Sequence record: ON190024.1 | DNA: 64,000 nucleotides | Strand: one strand, 5' to 3' | In this document: positions 8,581 to 17,860 of the stretch, in pieces | Layout of the letters: each line of letters starts with the position of its first letter | Numbering within the stretch: position 1 is the first letter of the stretch | Translations under genes and position numbers: made by a program | The notes under the pieces: model-generated | What the model saw: only the letters and a program-made list of their open reading frames with translations | Database searches by the model: none | What the model was told of the DNA's origin: nothing

Positions 8581-9526
8581 TTTCGATCCAAAAGAGCTTC
8601 TATGGGAACAACGCTACCGCCCGCAATCAATCAAAGATTGTGTACTGCCTGAACGTGTTCGTAAACTGTTTCAGAAAATGGTAGACGACAATCAAATCCC
8701 AAACATGCTGCTATGTAGCTCTTCACCAGGTACTGGCAAGACGACTGTTGCTCGTGCAGTGCTTGCAGACATGGGTTACGAAGTTCTATTTGTTAACGCA
8801 TCATCAAGCCGTGGTATTGGTCTTGTTCAAAACGACTTACCGGCATTCTGCTCAACTGTTTCATTCTCTGGTAATCCAAAAGCGGTTATTCTCGATGAGG
8901 CAGACAACTTAACTCCAGACGCTCAAAAAGCTCTACGTGGTTTGATTGAACAGTACAGCAAAAACGTTCGATTCGTTCTAACGTGTAACTATGCTCAGAA
9001 AATCTTGACACCGATTCGTTCACGTCTGCAAGAATTTGAATTCGTGTACAACAAAGAAGAACAGCTATCTTGCGTTAAGCAAATGATTGTTCGCTCTATG
9101 CAAATCTGTAAACAAGAAGGTGTATCGGTTACTAACGCTGCTGTTCTCAAAGAGCTTGTGAAGCGTAACTACCCAGACAATCGCAAAACCATCGTTTCAT
9201 TGCAAAACTACGCACGAAACGGCGTGATTGACGAAGGTATTCTGTCTGAAATCACCGCAAATGACGATATTTCTGAAATGCTCGACGCATTGAAATCGAA
9301 AGACTTCAAAACTGTGCGTAGTTTGATTCCGAAATACTCTGGTGACATTGCATCGTTTCTGCATAATCTTTACAAAGCAGCATACACGCATTTGGACGGC
9401 AATAGCATCCCTGTCTTCATTCAAATTGTCGGTGAAGCGAACAACAACGCGACCACATGTGTCGATACTGAAATTCTACTAGCGTACACATTGGTTCAGA
9501 TCATGCTTGAATGTACTTTCGCATAA
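8570..9526 (+). CDS. 44: Clamp loader large subunit gp44
   Basis: LWEQRYRP, SPGTGKTT, LDEAD, QKALRGLIE, IRSRL. Confidence 0.95.
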   Translation: MSFNFDPKELLWEQRYRPQSIKDCVLPERVRKLFQKMVDDNQIPNMLLCSSSPGTGKTTVARAVLADMGYEVLFVNASSSRGIGLVQNDLPAFCSTVSFSGNPKAVILDEADNLTPDAQKALRGLIEQYSKNVRFVLTCNYAQKILTPIRSRLQEFEFVYNKEEQLSCVKQMIVRSMQICKQEGVSVTNAAVLKELVKRNYPDNRKTIVSLQNYARNGVIDEGILSEITANDDISEMLDALKSKDFKTVRSLIPKYSGDIASFLHNLYKAAYTHLDGNSIPVFIQIVGEANNNATTCVDTEILLAYTLVQIMLECTFA

Positions 9527-9536
9527 GGGGGGTTTG

Positions 9537-10025
9537 ATGGACATTTTTGAACTACTCGCGAAAGGTGAAGAAGCTGAGAAAGCAGCGCAGAACGAACAGG
9601 CTGAGTTCGAAGCTGAAATGAAGGCGGCGAAAGTCAAAAAACTCTCGCCATTTGACTTTCTCAATAGCTTGTACATGAAAGACTACATCATGAACGATGA
9701 TGTGAAGAGTCAATATCAAGCATTCATGGTGAATCGCGGTATGTCGAATGGCATCGACACAGTGGTTCATGCGTACATCATGGATCAAGTCGGTAGTAAA
9801 CTGCCACCTGATATGCAATATGATTACTATTATCATGCAGTTCGAAAAGGTAAGCGATACAACTCGTGGGCGAAAGAAACGAAATACGAAGCAGTTGATA
9901 TGATCATGGAAATCTATCAAATCAACAAGCAAAAAGCTATTGATGTGCTTCATCGTCTGACCGCTGATGAGATTGAGCAGTTGACTACATGGTTTGAATC
10001 CCGAACAGGGGGCTTAACACGCTAA
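9537..10025 (+). CDS. 62: Clamp loader small subunit gp62
   Basis: SPFDFLNS, FMVNRGMS, QYDYYYHAVRKGKRY; follows 44. Confidence 0.9.
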   Translation: MDIFELLAKGEEAEKAAQNEQAEFEAEMKAAKVKKLSPFDFLNSLYMKDYIMNDDVKSQYQAFMVNRGMSNGIDTVVHAYIMDQVGSKLPPDMQYDYYYHAVRKGKRYNSWAKETKYEAVDMIMEIYQINKQKAIDVLHRLTADEIEQLTTWFESRTGGLTR

Positions 10026-10059
10026 TAAATATGTTTTTATTATGCTGTTGAGATTAATC

Positions 10060-10440
10060 ATGGACATTATTAACAAACTTGAAATTCAATTACCAGATGA
10101 CGATGCCTTTCTAAAGATTCGCGAGACTTTAACGCGAATTGGCATCGCCAATAACAAAACAAACACTCTGTATCAGTCATGTCATATTCTTCAGAAGCGT
10201 GGCGTTTACTTTCTGGTACACTTCAAAGAGCTTTTAGCACTTGACGGTCGTTGTGTTGAAATCACTGCTGAAGACATCGAACGACGCAACAACATCGCCA
10301 AGCTACTTGAAGATTGGAACTTGTGTAAGATTGCTCACCCTGAGTCACACGAATTCACAGGTGACAATAAGTTCCGCGTGATTTCGTTCCGCGATTCTAA
10401 AAATTGGAATCTACGTTACAAGTATCGCATAGGCGGCTAA
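10060..10440 (+). CDS. regA: Translational repressor RegA
   Basis: FLKIRETLTRIGIA, LYQSCHILQKRG, VHFKELL. Confidence 0.95.
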   Translation: MDIINKLEIQLPDDDAFLKIRETLTRIGIANNKTNTLYQSCHILQKRGVYFLVHFKELLALDGRCVEITAEDIERRNNIAKLLEDWNLCKIAHPESHEFTGDNKFRVISFRDSKNWNLRYKYRIGG

Positions 10441-10509
10441 TATGCGCAGAGAAGAAGACTGGTTTTAATGAATAAGGGGCATTCGCCCCTTATATTTGAG
10501 GAATACACT

Positions 10510-11028
10510 ATGAACAACGAACGTTTTCAAGAACTACTACAATTCGGCGGCGAATTCGAAGCTGCTGTTGAGCCTAAGATAGCAAGAGTGTTCTGTCACG
10601 CTGACCCAGACGCAATGCTAATCAATACGGCAACATCCAAAACAGATCAGAAACATAAGCGCGGTCAACGCCTCATGTACTGTCAAGACACATCCGCAAG
10701 CTTTATGCTACCTGACGTGTTTGTTTTCACAAAAGGCAAACAATTCTGCGTAGAAATCAAATGCAAGAAACGCTTTTACCGACACACTGATGGTAAATTA
10801 TATGGCGTAATCGACACCTACAAAGTTCAAGAGTATCGCGACGCAGTTCGCCACATGGGATTTGATGGTATTTTCTATGTGTTCGGTGATGAAGAAACAC
10901 GCTCGGTTTATTTTGCAAAAGACGACCCGATTGACATCAAAATACCTGCGTTTCGCGAATACAAAAACAAAAAAGGTGAGTTTAAAGCCTGGCTAATCGA
11001 CGATTTGCACTTTTTAGGGAAATGGTAG
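10510..11028 (+). CDS. Hypothetical protein, PD-(D/E)xK nuclease-like
   Basis: LPDVFVF...VEIKCK motif; GAGG SD. Confidence 0.55.
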   Translation: MNNERFQELLQFGGEFEAAVEPKIARVFCHADPDAMLINTATSKTDQKHKRGQRLMYCQDTSASFMLPDVFVFTKGKQFCVEIKCKKRFYRHTDGKLYGVIDTYKVQEYRDAVRHMGFDGIFYVFGDEETRSVYFAKDDPIDIKIPAFREYKNKKGEFKAWLIDDLHFLGKW

Positions 11029-11062
11029 TTTAGAACTTCATTTTTCTCTGATAGCATAACAG

Positions 11063-11088
11063 CACGTAACAACTTGTGAAGGAATAAC
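11063..11088 (+). promoter_or_regulatory. Possible gp43 autogenous translational operator
   Basis: CACG-TAACAACT-TGTG hairpin directly before AAGGAATAACATG, resembling the T4 operator layout. Confidence 0.35.
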
Positions 11089-12579
11089 ATGACAATCTAT
11101 ACATCAATTGAACGAATCGGCTCTAATCTTTGCGAACGCTACATCGACGACGACGGTTTTGAGCATATGCGCAAAGTGAAATACGAACCGACGTTGTTCA
11201 TTCACTGCAATGAAGAAACTGGATACAAAGACATTTACGGTCGCAACTGTCGCCCTAAGATGTTTGACACAATGGGCGAAGCGAGTAAGTACATCAAAGA
11301 CACGAAGCAGTTCAACGAAGTGCTTGGTATGGATGATTTCATCGTTACGTATATCTCAGATGTGTATAAGCAGCGTGAATTCGATATGTCTCGCATTCGC
11401 ATTGCTAACATAGATATTGAAACTCCGTCTGTGGAGTTCCCTGAAGCAGCACATGCGCCAGTGCCAATCACGTCAATTGGTCACTATGACAATATCGACG
11501 ATAAATTCTACGTTTACGGTATCCCGTCAAACACTGAGTGGAAACGCGAAAGCAGCATCGTTAAGCCAGAGCTTCTAGAAAAGACTGTTTATATTCGCTG
11601 TGCCACAGAAAAAGAGCTACTTGTTAAGTATCTTCAATTCTGGCGTGAGAAAACACCAGCAATCGTAACAGGTTGGAACATTGAATCGTTCGATATGCCG
11701 TACATCGTCAACCGATACAAGAATCTGTTTGGCGAGAAAGTGATGAACAGCTTGTCACCATGGGGTAAAGTTCAAGTATCAACTACAGTCAACGACTACG
11801 GTCAAGAAATCTGTAAAGTGAACATTCTCGGCGTATCTGAACTCGATTATCTTCAACTTTACAAGAAATTCACGTATGTGACACGACCATCATATCGTCT
11901 AGATTACATCGGTGAAGTTGAGCTTGATGAGAAAAAGGTCGAGTTCGAACAAGCGAACTACCTTGAGTTCTATGAGCAAGATTATCAGAACTTCATTGAC
12001 TACCAGATTCAAGACGTTAACTTGGTTAAGCGTCTAGATGAGAAGCTTCAGCTAATGCTTTTGACTATCTCTCTAGCGTACTACGCGGGTATCAACTATC
12101 AAACGGTATTAGGCACAATCAAACCGTGGGATGCAATCATCTTTAACAGCTTGAAAGCTGAGAAGAAGGTTGTTCCGATGATGCGTTCTCACGAAGGTGG
12201 ACGATTCATGGGTGCGTTTGTTAAAGCGCCTCAAGTGGGTTATCATCGTGGAATTGGCTCATTCGACTTGACATCACTATACCCGTCGATTATTCGCGAA
12301 TGTAACATTTCACCAGAAACAATCGTTGGTCAGCTTGACTACGAAGGGTCTCTTGAAGACCGTATCGACAAGATTGTTGAAGGGTTGATCACGTTCCCTG
12401 CTGATGATCTATCAAACAGCGCGAACGGTATGCAGTATCGCAAAGACGTACGCGGCGTGATTCCAGTTGAAATTGAGAAGGTTTTCTTCCAGCGTAAGGA
12501 AGCGAAGAAACTCGCGTTTGCTCATGAACAGAAAGTGATTGATGCAGAGGCTGAAATGAAACGAAGAGGTCTGATGTGA
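11089..12579 (+). CDS. 43: Family B DNA polymerase gp43, N-terminal part (exonuclease, palm motif A, first fingers helix)
   Basis: DIET ExoI, GWNIESFD ExoII, YQIQDV Exo[15 protein letters not shown]; ends at fingers tip with TGA. Confidence 0.95.
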   Translation: MTIYTSIERIGSNLCERYIDDDGFEHMRKVKYEPTLFIHCNEETGYKDIYGRNCRPKMFDTMGEASKYIKDTKQFNEVLGMDDFIVTYISDVYKQREFDMSRIRIANIDIETPSVEFPEAAHAPVPITSIGHYDNIDDKFYVYGIPSNTEWKRESSIVKPELLEKTVYIRCATEKELLVKYLQFWREKTPAIVTGWNIESFDMPYIVNRYKNLFGEKVMNSLSPWGKVQVSTTVNDYGQEICKVNILGVSELDYLQLYKKFTYVTRPSYRLDYIGEVELDEKKVEFEQANYLEFYEQDYQNFIDYQIQDVNLVKRLDEKLQLMLLTISLAYYAGINYQTVLGTIKPWDAIIFNSLKAEKKVVPMMRSHEGGRFMGAFVKAPQVGYHRGIGSFDLTSLYPSIIRECNISPETIVGQLDYEGSLEDRIDKIVEGLITFPADDLSNSANGMQYRKDVRGVIPVEIEKVFFQRKEAKKLAFAHEQKVIDAEAEMKRRGLM

Positions 12580-12812
12580 AAATTGGGTATTGGCTCTCAG
12601 TAGTAAAGAGAGCCTATTTTCAGAAAAATGAGTTTTTGAAAGATGGGTCATCGACTAATGGCGTAATTGTTCCTGATGATTTCATTGGAACTAAGAGTCG
12701 AGCACGCGAAGAAATAAAACAAACTCTTTGTGCATTGTGGGTGCGGTATAAATGGGTCTTTACGTTGTTAGGTGTGATTGCAACGCTGATGACAGTTTTT
12801 CAAATCCCATGA
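12576..12812 (+). CDS. Small hypothetical protein with C-terminal hydrophobic segment, inside gene 43 insert
   Basis: GTG start overlapping 43A stop; [16 protein letters not shown]. Confidence 0.45.
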   Translation: MKIGYWLSVVKRAYFQKNEFLKDGSSTNGVIVPDDFIGTKSRAREEIKQTLCALWVRYKWVFTLLGVIATLMTVFQIP

Positions 12813-12952
12813 TATTATCGACGGTCTCTGGGTGAGGTGACGCTATGAAAATAGCGTCCTTTCCTGTCATTATACGATACAGACCGTCTTTGCCGTATAG
12901 CTTGATTGCATTTTCGATTGTTGTCACTGTACCTGACAGTGAACAATGGCGT

Positions 12953-13588
12953 CTAATTAGTAGTTGCATGGTCGATTACCTTCCATTCTGCCCACTTCTT
13001 TGCTTTTGAAAAGCAACGATAGCGTACTTTAGTTTGTGGTATATTGTGTTGTTCGGCTGCTAAACTAGCAACTTTGAATTCACCGAGTGGCGTGATCCAT
13101 GTGTAATCAGTACCAGCTTTCGGTTGATGCTTTTTACTTTCGGACATTCTCTTCTTGGTGTCTTCAGAGTGAGTCTTATCAAGCATACCCCGCGGGTGAT
13201 TGATACGAGCAGGGTTCAAATCGCCAACCCATTTACCTTGTTCGATGTTAATTTGGCGTATTTTCTCTTTAACGTCATCACGCTTAGATGGATTGTTCTC
13301 TGTCATATACTGTGAGTGTCGCTTTCTAGCGTGCTCATATGCGTATGACGGGATTTTCATATTACCTGACATGCGTATGATAGGAAGCCACATTGTACCG
13401 CCGTGAATGCGTGCTAAGAGCATGTGAGCTATATAGTGTTCTTTTGCAGTCAGTGCAATCATATTTTCAGCATCATCCGACCCACCTAAGCTGCGTGGTA
13501 CGATGTGATGCATTTCAGTATACCCGTCGATTGATTCTCGTTCTTTGCGTGTCTCAATTAGACGGTCGTAATGTTTCTGATAATTCAT
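12953..13588 (-). CDS. HNH homing endonuclease (Mob-like) with NUMOD-type tail
   Basis: EMHHIVPRSLGGSDDAENMIALTAKEHYIAH; late promoter TATAAATA at 13619-13626 minus; start placed at second ATG. Confidence 0.9.
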   Translation of the reverse strand: MNYQKHYDRLIETRKERESIDGYTEMHHIVPRSLGGSDDAENMIALTAKEHYIAHMLLARIHGGTMWLPIIRMSGNMKIPSYAYEHARKRHSQYMTENNPSKRDDVKEKIRQINIEQGKWVGDLNPARINHPRGMLDKTHSEDTKKRMSESKKHQPKAGTDYTWITPLGEFKVASLAAEQHNIPQTKVRYRCFSKAKKWAEWKVIDHATTN

Positions 13589-13618
13589 GTTTATCCCTAT
13601 AGATTCTTGAGTTATCAT

Positions 13619-13626
13619 TATTTATA
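13619..13626 (-). promoter_or_regulatory. T4-type late promoter
   Basis: TATAAATA on minus strand. Confidence 0.8.
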
Positions 13627-13655
13627 AAAGTTGATCAGACATTTGCGAGACATAA

Positions 13656-14756
13656 ATGACAATTGATAAAAATATTTCAGAAATGACCGACGAAGAGCTA
13701 ATCGCGTATCGTGATGAGCATAAACAGCAAGCAAAAATCTTCGACGTTCAACAAATGGCGAAAAAAATCCTAATCAACTCACTCTACGGAGCCTTAGGGA
13801 ACGAGTATTTTAGATTCTATGACTTGCGTAACGCTGAAGCAGTAACAGCTTACGGTCAGCTTGCAATCAAGTGGGTAGCGCGTGACGTGAACATTTGGTT
13901 GAACAAAGTTTGTAAGACAACTGACAAAGACTACGTGATTTACGGTGATACCGACTCAATCTACGTTAACTTTGATCCGCTGCTTGAACTGACAGGCATC
14001 AACAAGCTTGAGGGTGACGACTACACAGACAAATTCGCTAAAGTATGTGAGACTGTTGAAACGAAAGTTATCAACCCGTCATACGAAGCACTTCACAAGT
14101 ACATGAACACGTACGAGCGTCAAATGTTCATGGATCGTGAGGTACTAGCACGTACTGGCTTCTTTATCGCGAAAAAGCGTTATGCACTTGACGTACAAGA
14201 TAACGAAGGCATTCGTAAACCGAAGCTGAAAATCATGGGTATTGAGACTCAACGTAGTTCAACACCACCACTTTGCCAAAAAGGTCTTAAAGAAGCAATT
14301 CGTTTGATTCTGCAAGAAGGCGAAGCGAAGCTTCAAGAATTTGTAAAGGGGTATGAGAAAGAGTTCAAGGCAGCTCCATATCAAGAAGTGTCATTTGTAT
14401 CTAGTGCAAACAACATGAACAAATACTCTGATGATAAAGGCAATCCTGGTAAGGGATGTCCAGGTCACGTGAAAGGCGCGCTGTACTACAACAAACTTGC
14501 TGAAGAGCACGGGTTCGACAAGATCAACGAGGGTGACAAAATCGCTGTTGTGTTCTTGACTCGAAACAAGCACGGTATTGACCGTATTGCTTATCCGTCT
14601 GGTGGCAAATTGCCTGAAGCAATCTCATACTTGATTGATCACGTTGATTACAATCGTCTGTATGAAGATAAGTTCATCAAACCGTTGAGCGCGATTTCTG
14701 AAGCAATCAATTTCGACTACAAGAAAACAATCACTTTGGAGAGTTTCTTTGGCTAA
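13656..14756 (+). CDS. 43: Family B DNA polymerase gp43, C-terminal part (second fingers helix, palm, thumb)
   Basis: [25 protein letters not shown], terminal clamp-binding LESFFG. Confidence 0.95.
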   Translation: MTIDKNISEMTDEELIAYRDEHKQQAKIFDVQQMAKKILINSLYGALGNEYFRFYDLRNAEAVTAYGQLAIKWVARDVNIWLNKVCKTTDKDYVIYGDTDSIYVNFDPLLELTGINKLEGDDYTDKFAKVCETVETKVINPSYEALHKYMNTYERQMFMDREVLARTGFFIAKKRYALDVQDNEGIRKPKLKIMGIETQRSSTPPLCQKGLKEAIRLILQEGEAKLQEFVKGYEKEFKAAPYQEVSFVSSANNMNKYSDDKGNPGKGCPGHVKGALYYNKLAEEHGFDKINEGDKIAVVFLTRNKHGIDRIAYPSGGKLPEAISYLIDHVDYNRLYEDKFIKPLSAISEAINFDYKKTITLESFFG

Positions 14757-15015
14757 TGTAGATAAATTTGCAATCGGTGGCGCAGAAATGCGTCCTGAGA
14801 GTGGCGACGTGTGTCGTGACCACTTTCCGAATTCTCGTTTCGGAGTTGGTGAATTTGGTACTGTTACGTTGCAAACCGTATACGTGAATCAAATTGACAT
14901 CACATCGTGGTCAGTTGACCGCAATAATAATAAGCTTTTAGTCACGTCAGGCGATAAGATGGTTGTGCTTGACTTGGACAAGGTAAAACAAATCATCACA
15001 GAAATCTTGAAATAA
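14749..15015 (+). CDS. Hypothetical protein
   Basis: ORF overlapping 43B stop. Confidence 0.55.
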   Translation: MANVDKFAIGGAEMRPESGDVCRDHFPNSRFGVGEFGTVTLQTVYVNQIDITSWSVDRNNNKLLVTSGDKMVVLDLDKVKQIITEILK

Positions 15016-15020
15016 GACGT

Positions 15021-15048
15021 TGACAGTGTACATGAACTCGTGTACACT
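15021..15048 (+). promoter_or_regulatory. Early promoter inside an inverted repeat
   Basis: TTGACA-17 nt-TACACT; ACAGTGTACA/TGTACACTGT arms. Confidence 0.55.
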
Positions 15049-15078
15049 GTTAAAAGACTATTTTGAGAGGAAAAAACA

Positions 15079-16224
15079 ATGACTACACAAGAACTATACA
15101 ATCATTTGATGACACTGACCGAAGACGCCGAAGGCAAGTTCTTCTTTGCTGATCACATTTCACCGCTCGGTGAGAAACTTCGTGTGTTTAGCTATCATAT
15201 TGCGTCGTACTCTGACTGGCTGCTGCCGGGTGCTCTTGAAGCGCGTGGTATCATGTTCCAGCTTGACGAACAAGATAAGATGGTTCGTATCGTGTCTCGC
15301 CCGATGGAGAAATTCTTCAATCTGAACGAGAATCCCTTTACGATGGATCTTGACTTGACGACTACTGTTCAGCTAATGGACAAAGCTGATGGTTCTTTAA
15401 TCAGTACGTATCTGACTGGTGAGAACTTCGCGCTGAAGTCAAAAACAAGCATCTTCTCTGAGCAAGCCGTTGCAGCGAATCGCTACATCAAATTGCCAGA
15501 GAATCGCGACTTGTGGGAATTCTGTGACGACTTAACTCAAGCAGGTTGTACAGTCAACATGGAATGGTGCGCGCCAAATAACCGTATTGTTCTTGAGTAT
15601 CCAGAAGCGAAGCTGGTCATCTTGAATATTCGTGACAACGAAACAGGTGATTACGTGAGCTTTGACGACATCCCGCTACCTGCGTTGATGCGTGTCAAGA
15701 AGTGGTTAGTCGATGAGTATGACCCTGAAACTGCACACGTAGACGATTTCGTTGAGAAATTGCGTGCGACTAAAGGCATCGAAGGCATGATCTTGCGACT
15801 TGCAAGCGGTCAATCGGTGAAAATCAAGACTCAGTGGTATGTCGATCTGCACTCGCAAAAAGACTCTGTGAACGTTCCGAAGAAGTTGGTGACAACTATC
15901 TTGAACAATAATCACGATGACCTGTACGCGCTGTTTGCCGACGACAAGCCGACAATCGACCGCATTCGTGAGTTCGATTCTCACGTATCGAAGACTGTAT
16001 CTGCATCGTTCCACGCTGTAAGTCAGTTTTACGTGAAAAATCGACATATGTCGCGCAAAGATTATGCAATCGCAGGTCAGAAAGCACTTAAACCGTGGGA
16101 ATTTGGCGTAGCAATGATCGCGTATCAGAAGAAAACCGTCGAAGGCGTGTACGAAGCTTTAGTCGGTGCGTATCTGAAGCGACCAGAACTACTCATTCCT
16201 GAGAAGTATCTGAATGAGGCATAA
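15079..16224 (+). CDS. rnlA: RNA ligase 1 (gp63-like)
   Basis: EARGIMF, PMEKFFNLNE, DKADGSL, EGMIL, KIKTQWY. Confidence 0.9.
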   Translation: MTTQELYNHLMTLTEDAEGKFFFADHISPLGEKLRVFSYHIASYSDWLLPGALEARGIMFQLDEQDKMVRIVSRPMEKFFNLNENPFTMDLDLTTTVQLMDKADGSLISTYLTGENFALKSKTSIFSEQAVAANRYIKLPENRDLWEFCDDLTQAGCTVNMEWCAPNNRIVLEYPEAKLVILNIRDNETGDYVSFDDIPLPALMRVKKWLVDEYDPETAHVDDFVEKLRATKGIEGMILRLASGQSVKIKTQWYVDLHSQKDSVNVPKKLVTTILNNNHDDLYALFADDKPTIDRIREFDSHVSKTVSASFHAVSQFYVKNRHMSRKDYAIAGQKALKPWEFGVAMIAYQKKTVEGVYEALVGAYLKRPELLIPEKYLNEA

Positions 16225-16497
16225 ATGCACCACTTTGTATTTCAAAACGGGGAGCCGATGCGAGTCGGCAATCCACAAGAGTTCATAGAAAAATTCAACA
16301 AATATTTCCTACCAGAGCTGCAAAAACGATTAGATGACGACCCGAAAACTCGCGGTGGTCGAATCGTGTATGCGGGCCCTTCTAAAACAGACACTATTCA
16401 AGGCATTGATGTTCAAATAATGGACAAAGATGGTATCGTGTCTACGTTTTACGTGAATGTATTCACACAGACGTTCAGTCCTGTCTTCTACCAGTGA
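16225..16497 (+). CDS. Hypothetical protein
   Basis: ORF abutting rnlA stop. Confidence 0.6.
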   Translation: MHHFVFQNGEPMRVGNPQEFIEKFNKYFLPELQKRLDDDPKTRGGRIVYAGPSKTDTIQGIDVQIMDKDGIVSTFYVNVFTQTFSPVFYQ

Positions 16498-16528
16498 TAA
16501 ATACTCCCGTATGAATAATATGGGAGTA
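16496..16528 (+). promoter_or_regulatory. Late-like promoter overlapping an SD-sequestering hairpin
   Basis: GATAAATA 16496-16503; TACTCCC pairs with GGGAGTA containing the SD. Confidence 0.65.
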
Positions 16529-16533
16529 ATATC

Positions 16534-16917
16534 ATGTTCGCACAATACAAAATCTATGTGCTATTGGCTATTGCTGCTGTGTTCATTGGGTCTATTGGTT
16601 ATCTGAAGTATGAGAATGTTAGTCTTGAGAAAGAACTAGTCACTCAAATTGCTGAAGTCGAACGACTGACTGGTGATAATGAACGCTTGCACGCGACTGT
16701 TGAAAGCAAAGACCGCACAATCGAGAACTGGCGTTCAGTTTACAACGAGCAAGAGCAGTATCGAAGCAAACTTCAGAAAGATCTAGACGAACTAACCGCA
16801 ACTATAGACACGTATAAGTCACGTCAAGACATCGTGTTTAAAAAGCCAGGTCTAGTTCAGATTAAAGAGCAGAAGGCTCTTGATAAGTTCTTTGATGAGG
16901 TGCGTAATGGTCAATAA
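16534..16917 (+). CDS. Inner-membrane spanin (Rz/pseT.3-like)
   Basis: N-terminal TM plus coiled coil; synteny near rnlA and pseT. Confidence 0.7.
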   Translation: MFAQYKIYVLLAIAAVFIGSIGYLKYENVSLEKELVTQIAEVERLTGDNERLHATVESKDRTIENWRSVYNEQEQYRSKLQKDLDELTATIDTYKSRQDIVFKKPGLVQIKEQKALDKFFDEVRNGQ

Positions 16918-17236
16918 AATCATAGCTATTGCTCTATGCTTAACGCTGGTTGGGTGTATCGGTACACCAAAAGAGCCAGTACCAGAGCCGCCAAAGAATG
17001 AAATCGTTCATCCGAACATACCGACCCCGCCGCCAAATCCCGGTGTTAAAATATTGGTCATTACGACGGACACTATCAAAGCTAATACAGCTTACGTGGG
17101 GTTTGAGTACGACGAGTGGCTAGATTTCGCGAAATGGATGCACTCGTACAAGTCATATAACCAAGATTTGCTTGAAGTTATTCGACTGTATAAAGAGCAA
17201 GATCCGAACATTCAGAAAAAAGTTGAAAATAATTAA
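16907..17236 (+). CDS. Outer-membrane spanin lipoprotein (Rz1/pseT.2-like)
   Basis: Lipobox LVGC, Pro-rich segment, overlaps i-spanin. Confidence 0.7.
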   Translation: MVNKIIAIALCLTLVGCIGTPKEPVPEPPKNEIVHPNIPTPPPNPGVKILVITTDTIKANTAYVGFEYDEWLDFAKWMHSYKSYNQDLLEVIRLYKEQDPNIQKKVENN

Positions 17237-17238
17237 AG

Positions 17239-17274
17239 AAAAGGGTTGCTTCGGCAGCCCTTTTCTCGTATTAT
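17239..17274 (+). promoter_or_regulatory. Terminator hairpin with embedded early promoter
   Basis: GGGTTGC-TTCG-GCAGCCC-TTTT; TTGCTT-17-TATTAT. Confidence 0.75.
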
Positions 17275-17315
17275 AGCTCTATCGAAACGACATCGACTAA
17301 CAAAGAGAGCATATT

Positions 17316-17615
17316 ATGATTCAATTCAAACGCAGAAATCTTGTACCTGACAATCAATCTCCACTATGGGCATATGATTCAGTTGACGCGCTTAAAAGCG
17401 ACGACTTGAATGAGCGTAACTTTTACAACAACGTAACAGGTGAAACTCACAACAAGCTGCGTATCACTCGCGGTCGATTCGACAAGAAATGGGTTCTTCG
17501 TGCTACGTCTAAAGACAACGACTTCAAATTGTTAGTTGTCGCTGATGACTTCAAAACGAAGAAAGAAGCAATTGAATACGTAAATGACGTTTACTTAAAC
17601 ACAAAAGGGCTGTAA
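17316..17615 (+). CDS. Hypothetical early protein
   Basis: ORF with GAGAG SD. Confidence 0.7.
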   Translation: MIQFKRRNLVPDNQSPLWAYDSVDALKSDDLNERNFYNNVTGETHNKLRITRGRFDKKWVLRATSKDNDFKLLVVADDFKTKKEAIEYVNDVYLNTKGL

Positions 17616-17616
17616 G

Positions 17617-17850
17617 ATGAACGAACTTATTGATGCAACAAACGAAGCGCGTACTCAATACGAACAGTATGGTGCATGTAGTGCTTTTCAAATTGAAAGT
17701 CTACTCGCTGAACTCGAAAAGCACGCTTCTGACAACGCTGTTGTGAAGTCTGCACGCACTGAGTTCGACGATTACGATAATTTGACTGGTACACGTATTG
17801 ATCAACTACTGACAGTCGCTGAAGTCACCATCTTTAAAACAAACAAGTGA
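17617..17850 (+). CDS. Hypothetical protein
   Basis: ORF, phage-like codon use. Confidence 0.65.
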   Translation: MNELIDATNEARTQYEQYGACSAFQIESLLAELEKHASDNAVVKSARTEFDDYDNLTGTRIDQLLTVAEVTIFKTNK

Positions 17851-17860
17851 GAAAAGCTTA

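Noticed and set aside
12760-12969. 69-aa minus-strand ORF downstream of the HNH
   Set aside because: Not listed as a feature: no clear SD, overlaps a plus ORF and a structured segment; remains possible.
12580-13655. Group I intron in gene 43
   Set aside because: No P7/catalytic core recognised, the endonuclease is antisense, and both halves have their own stop/start. Not excluded without RT-PCR.
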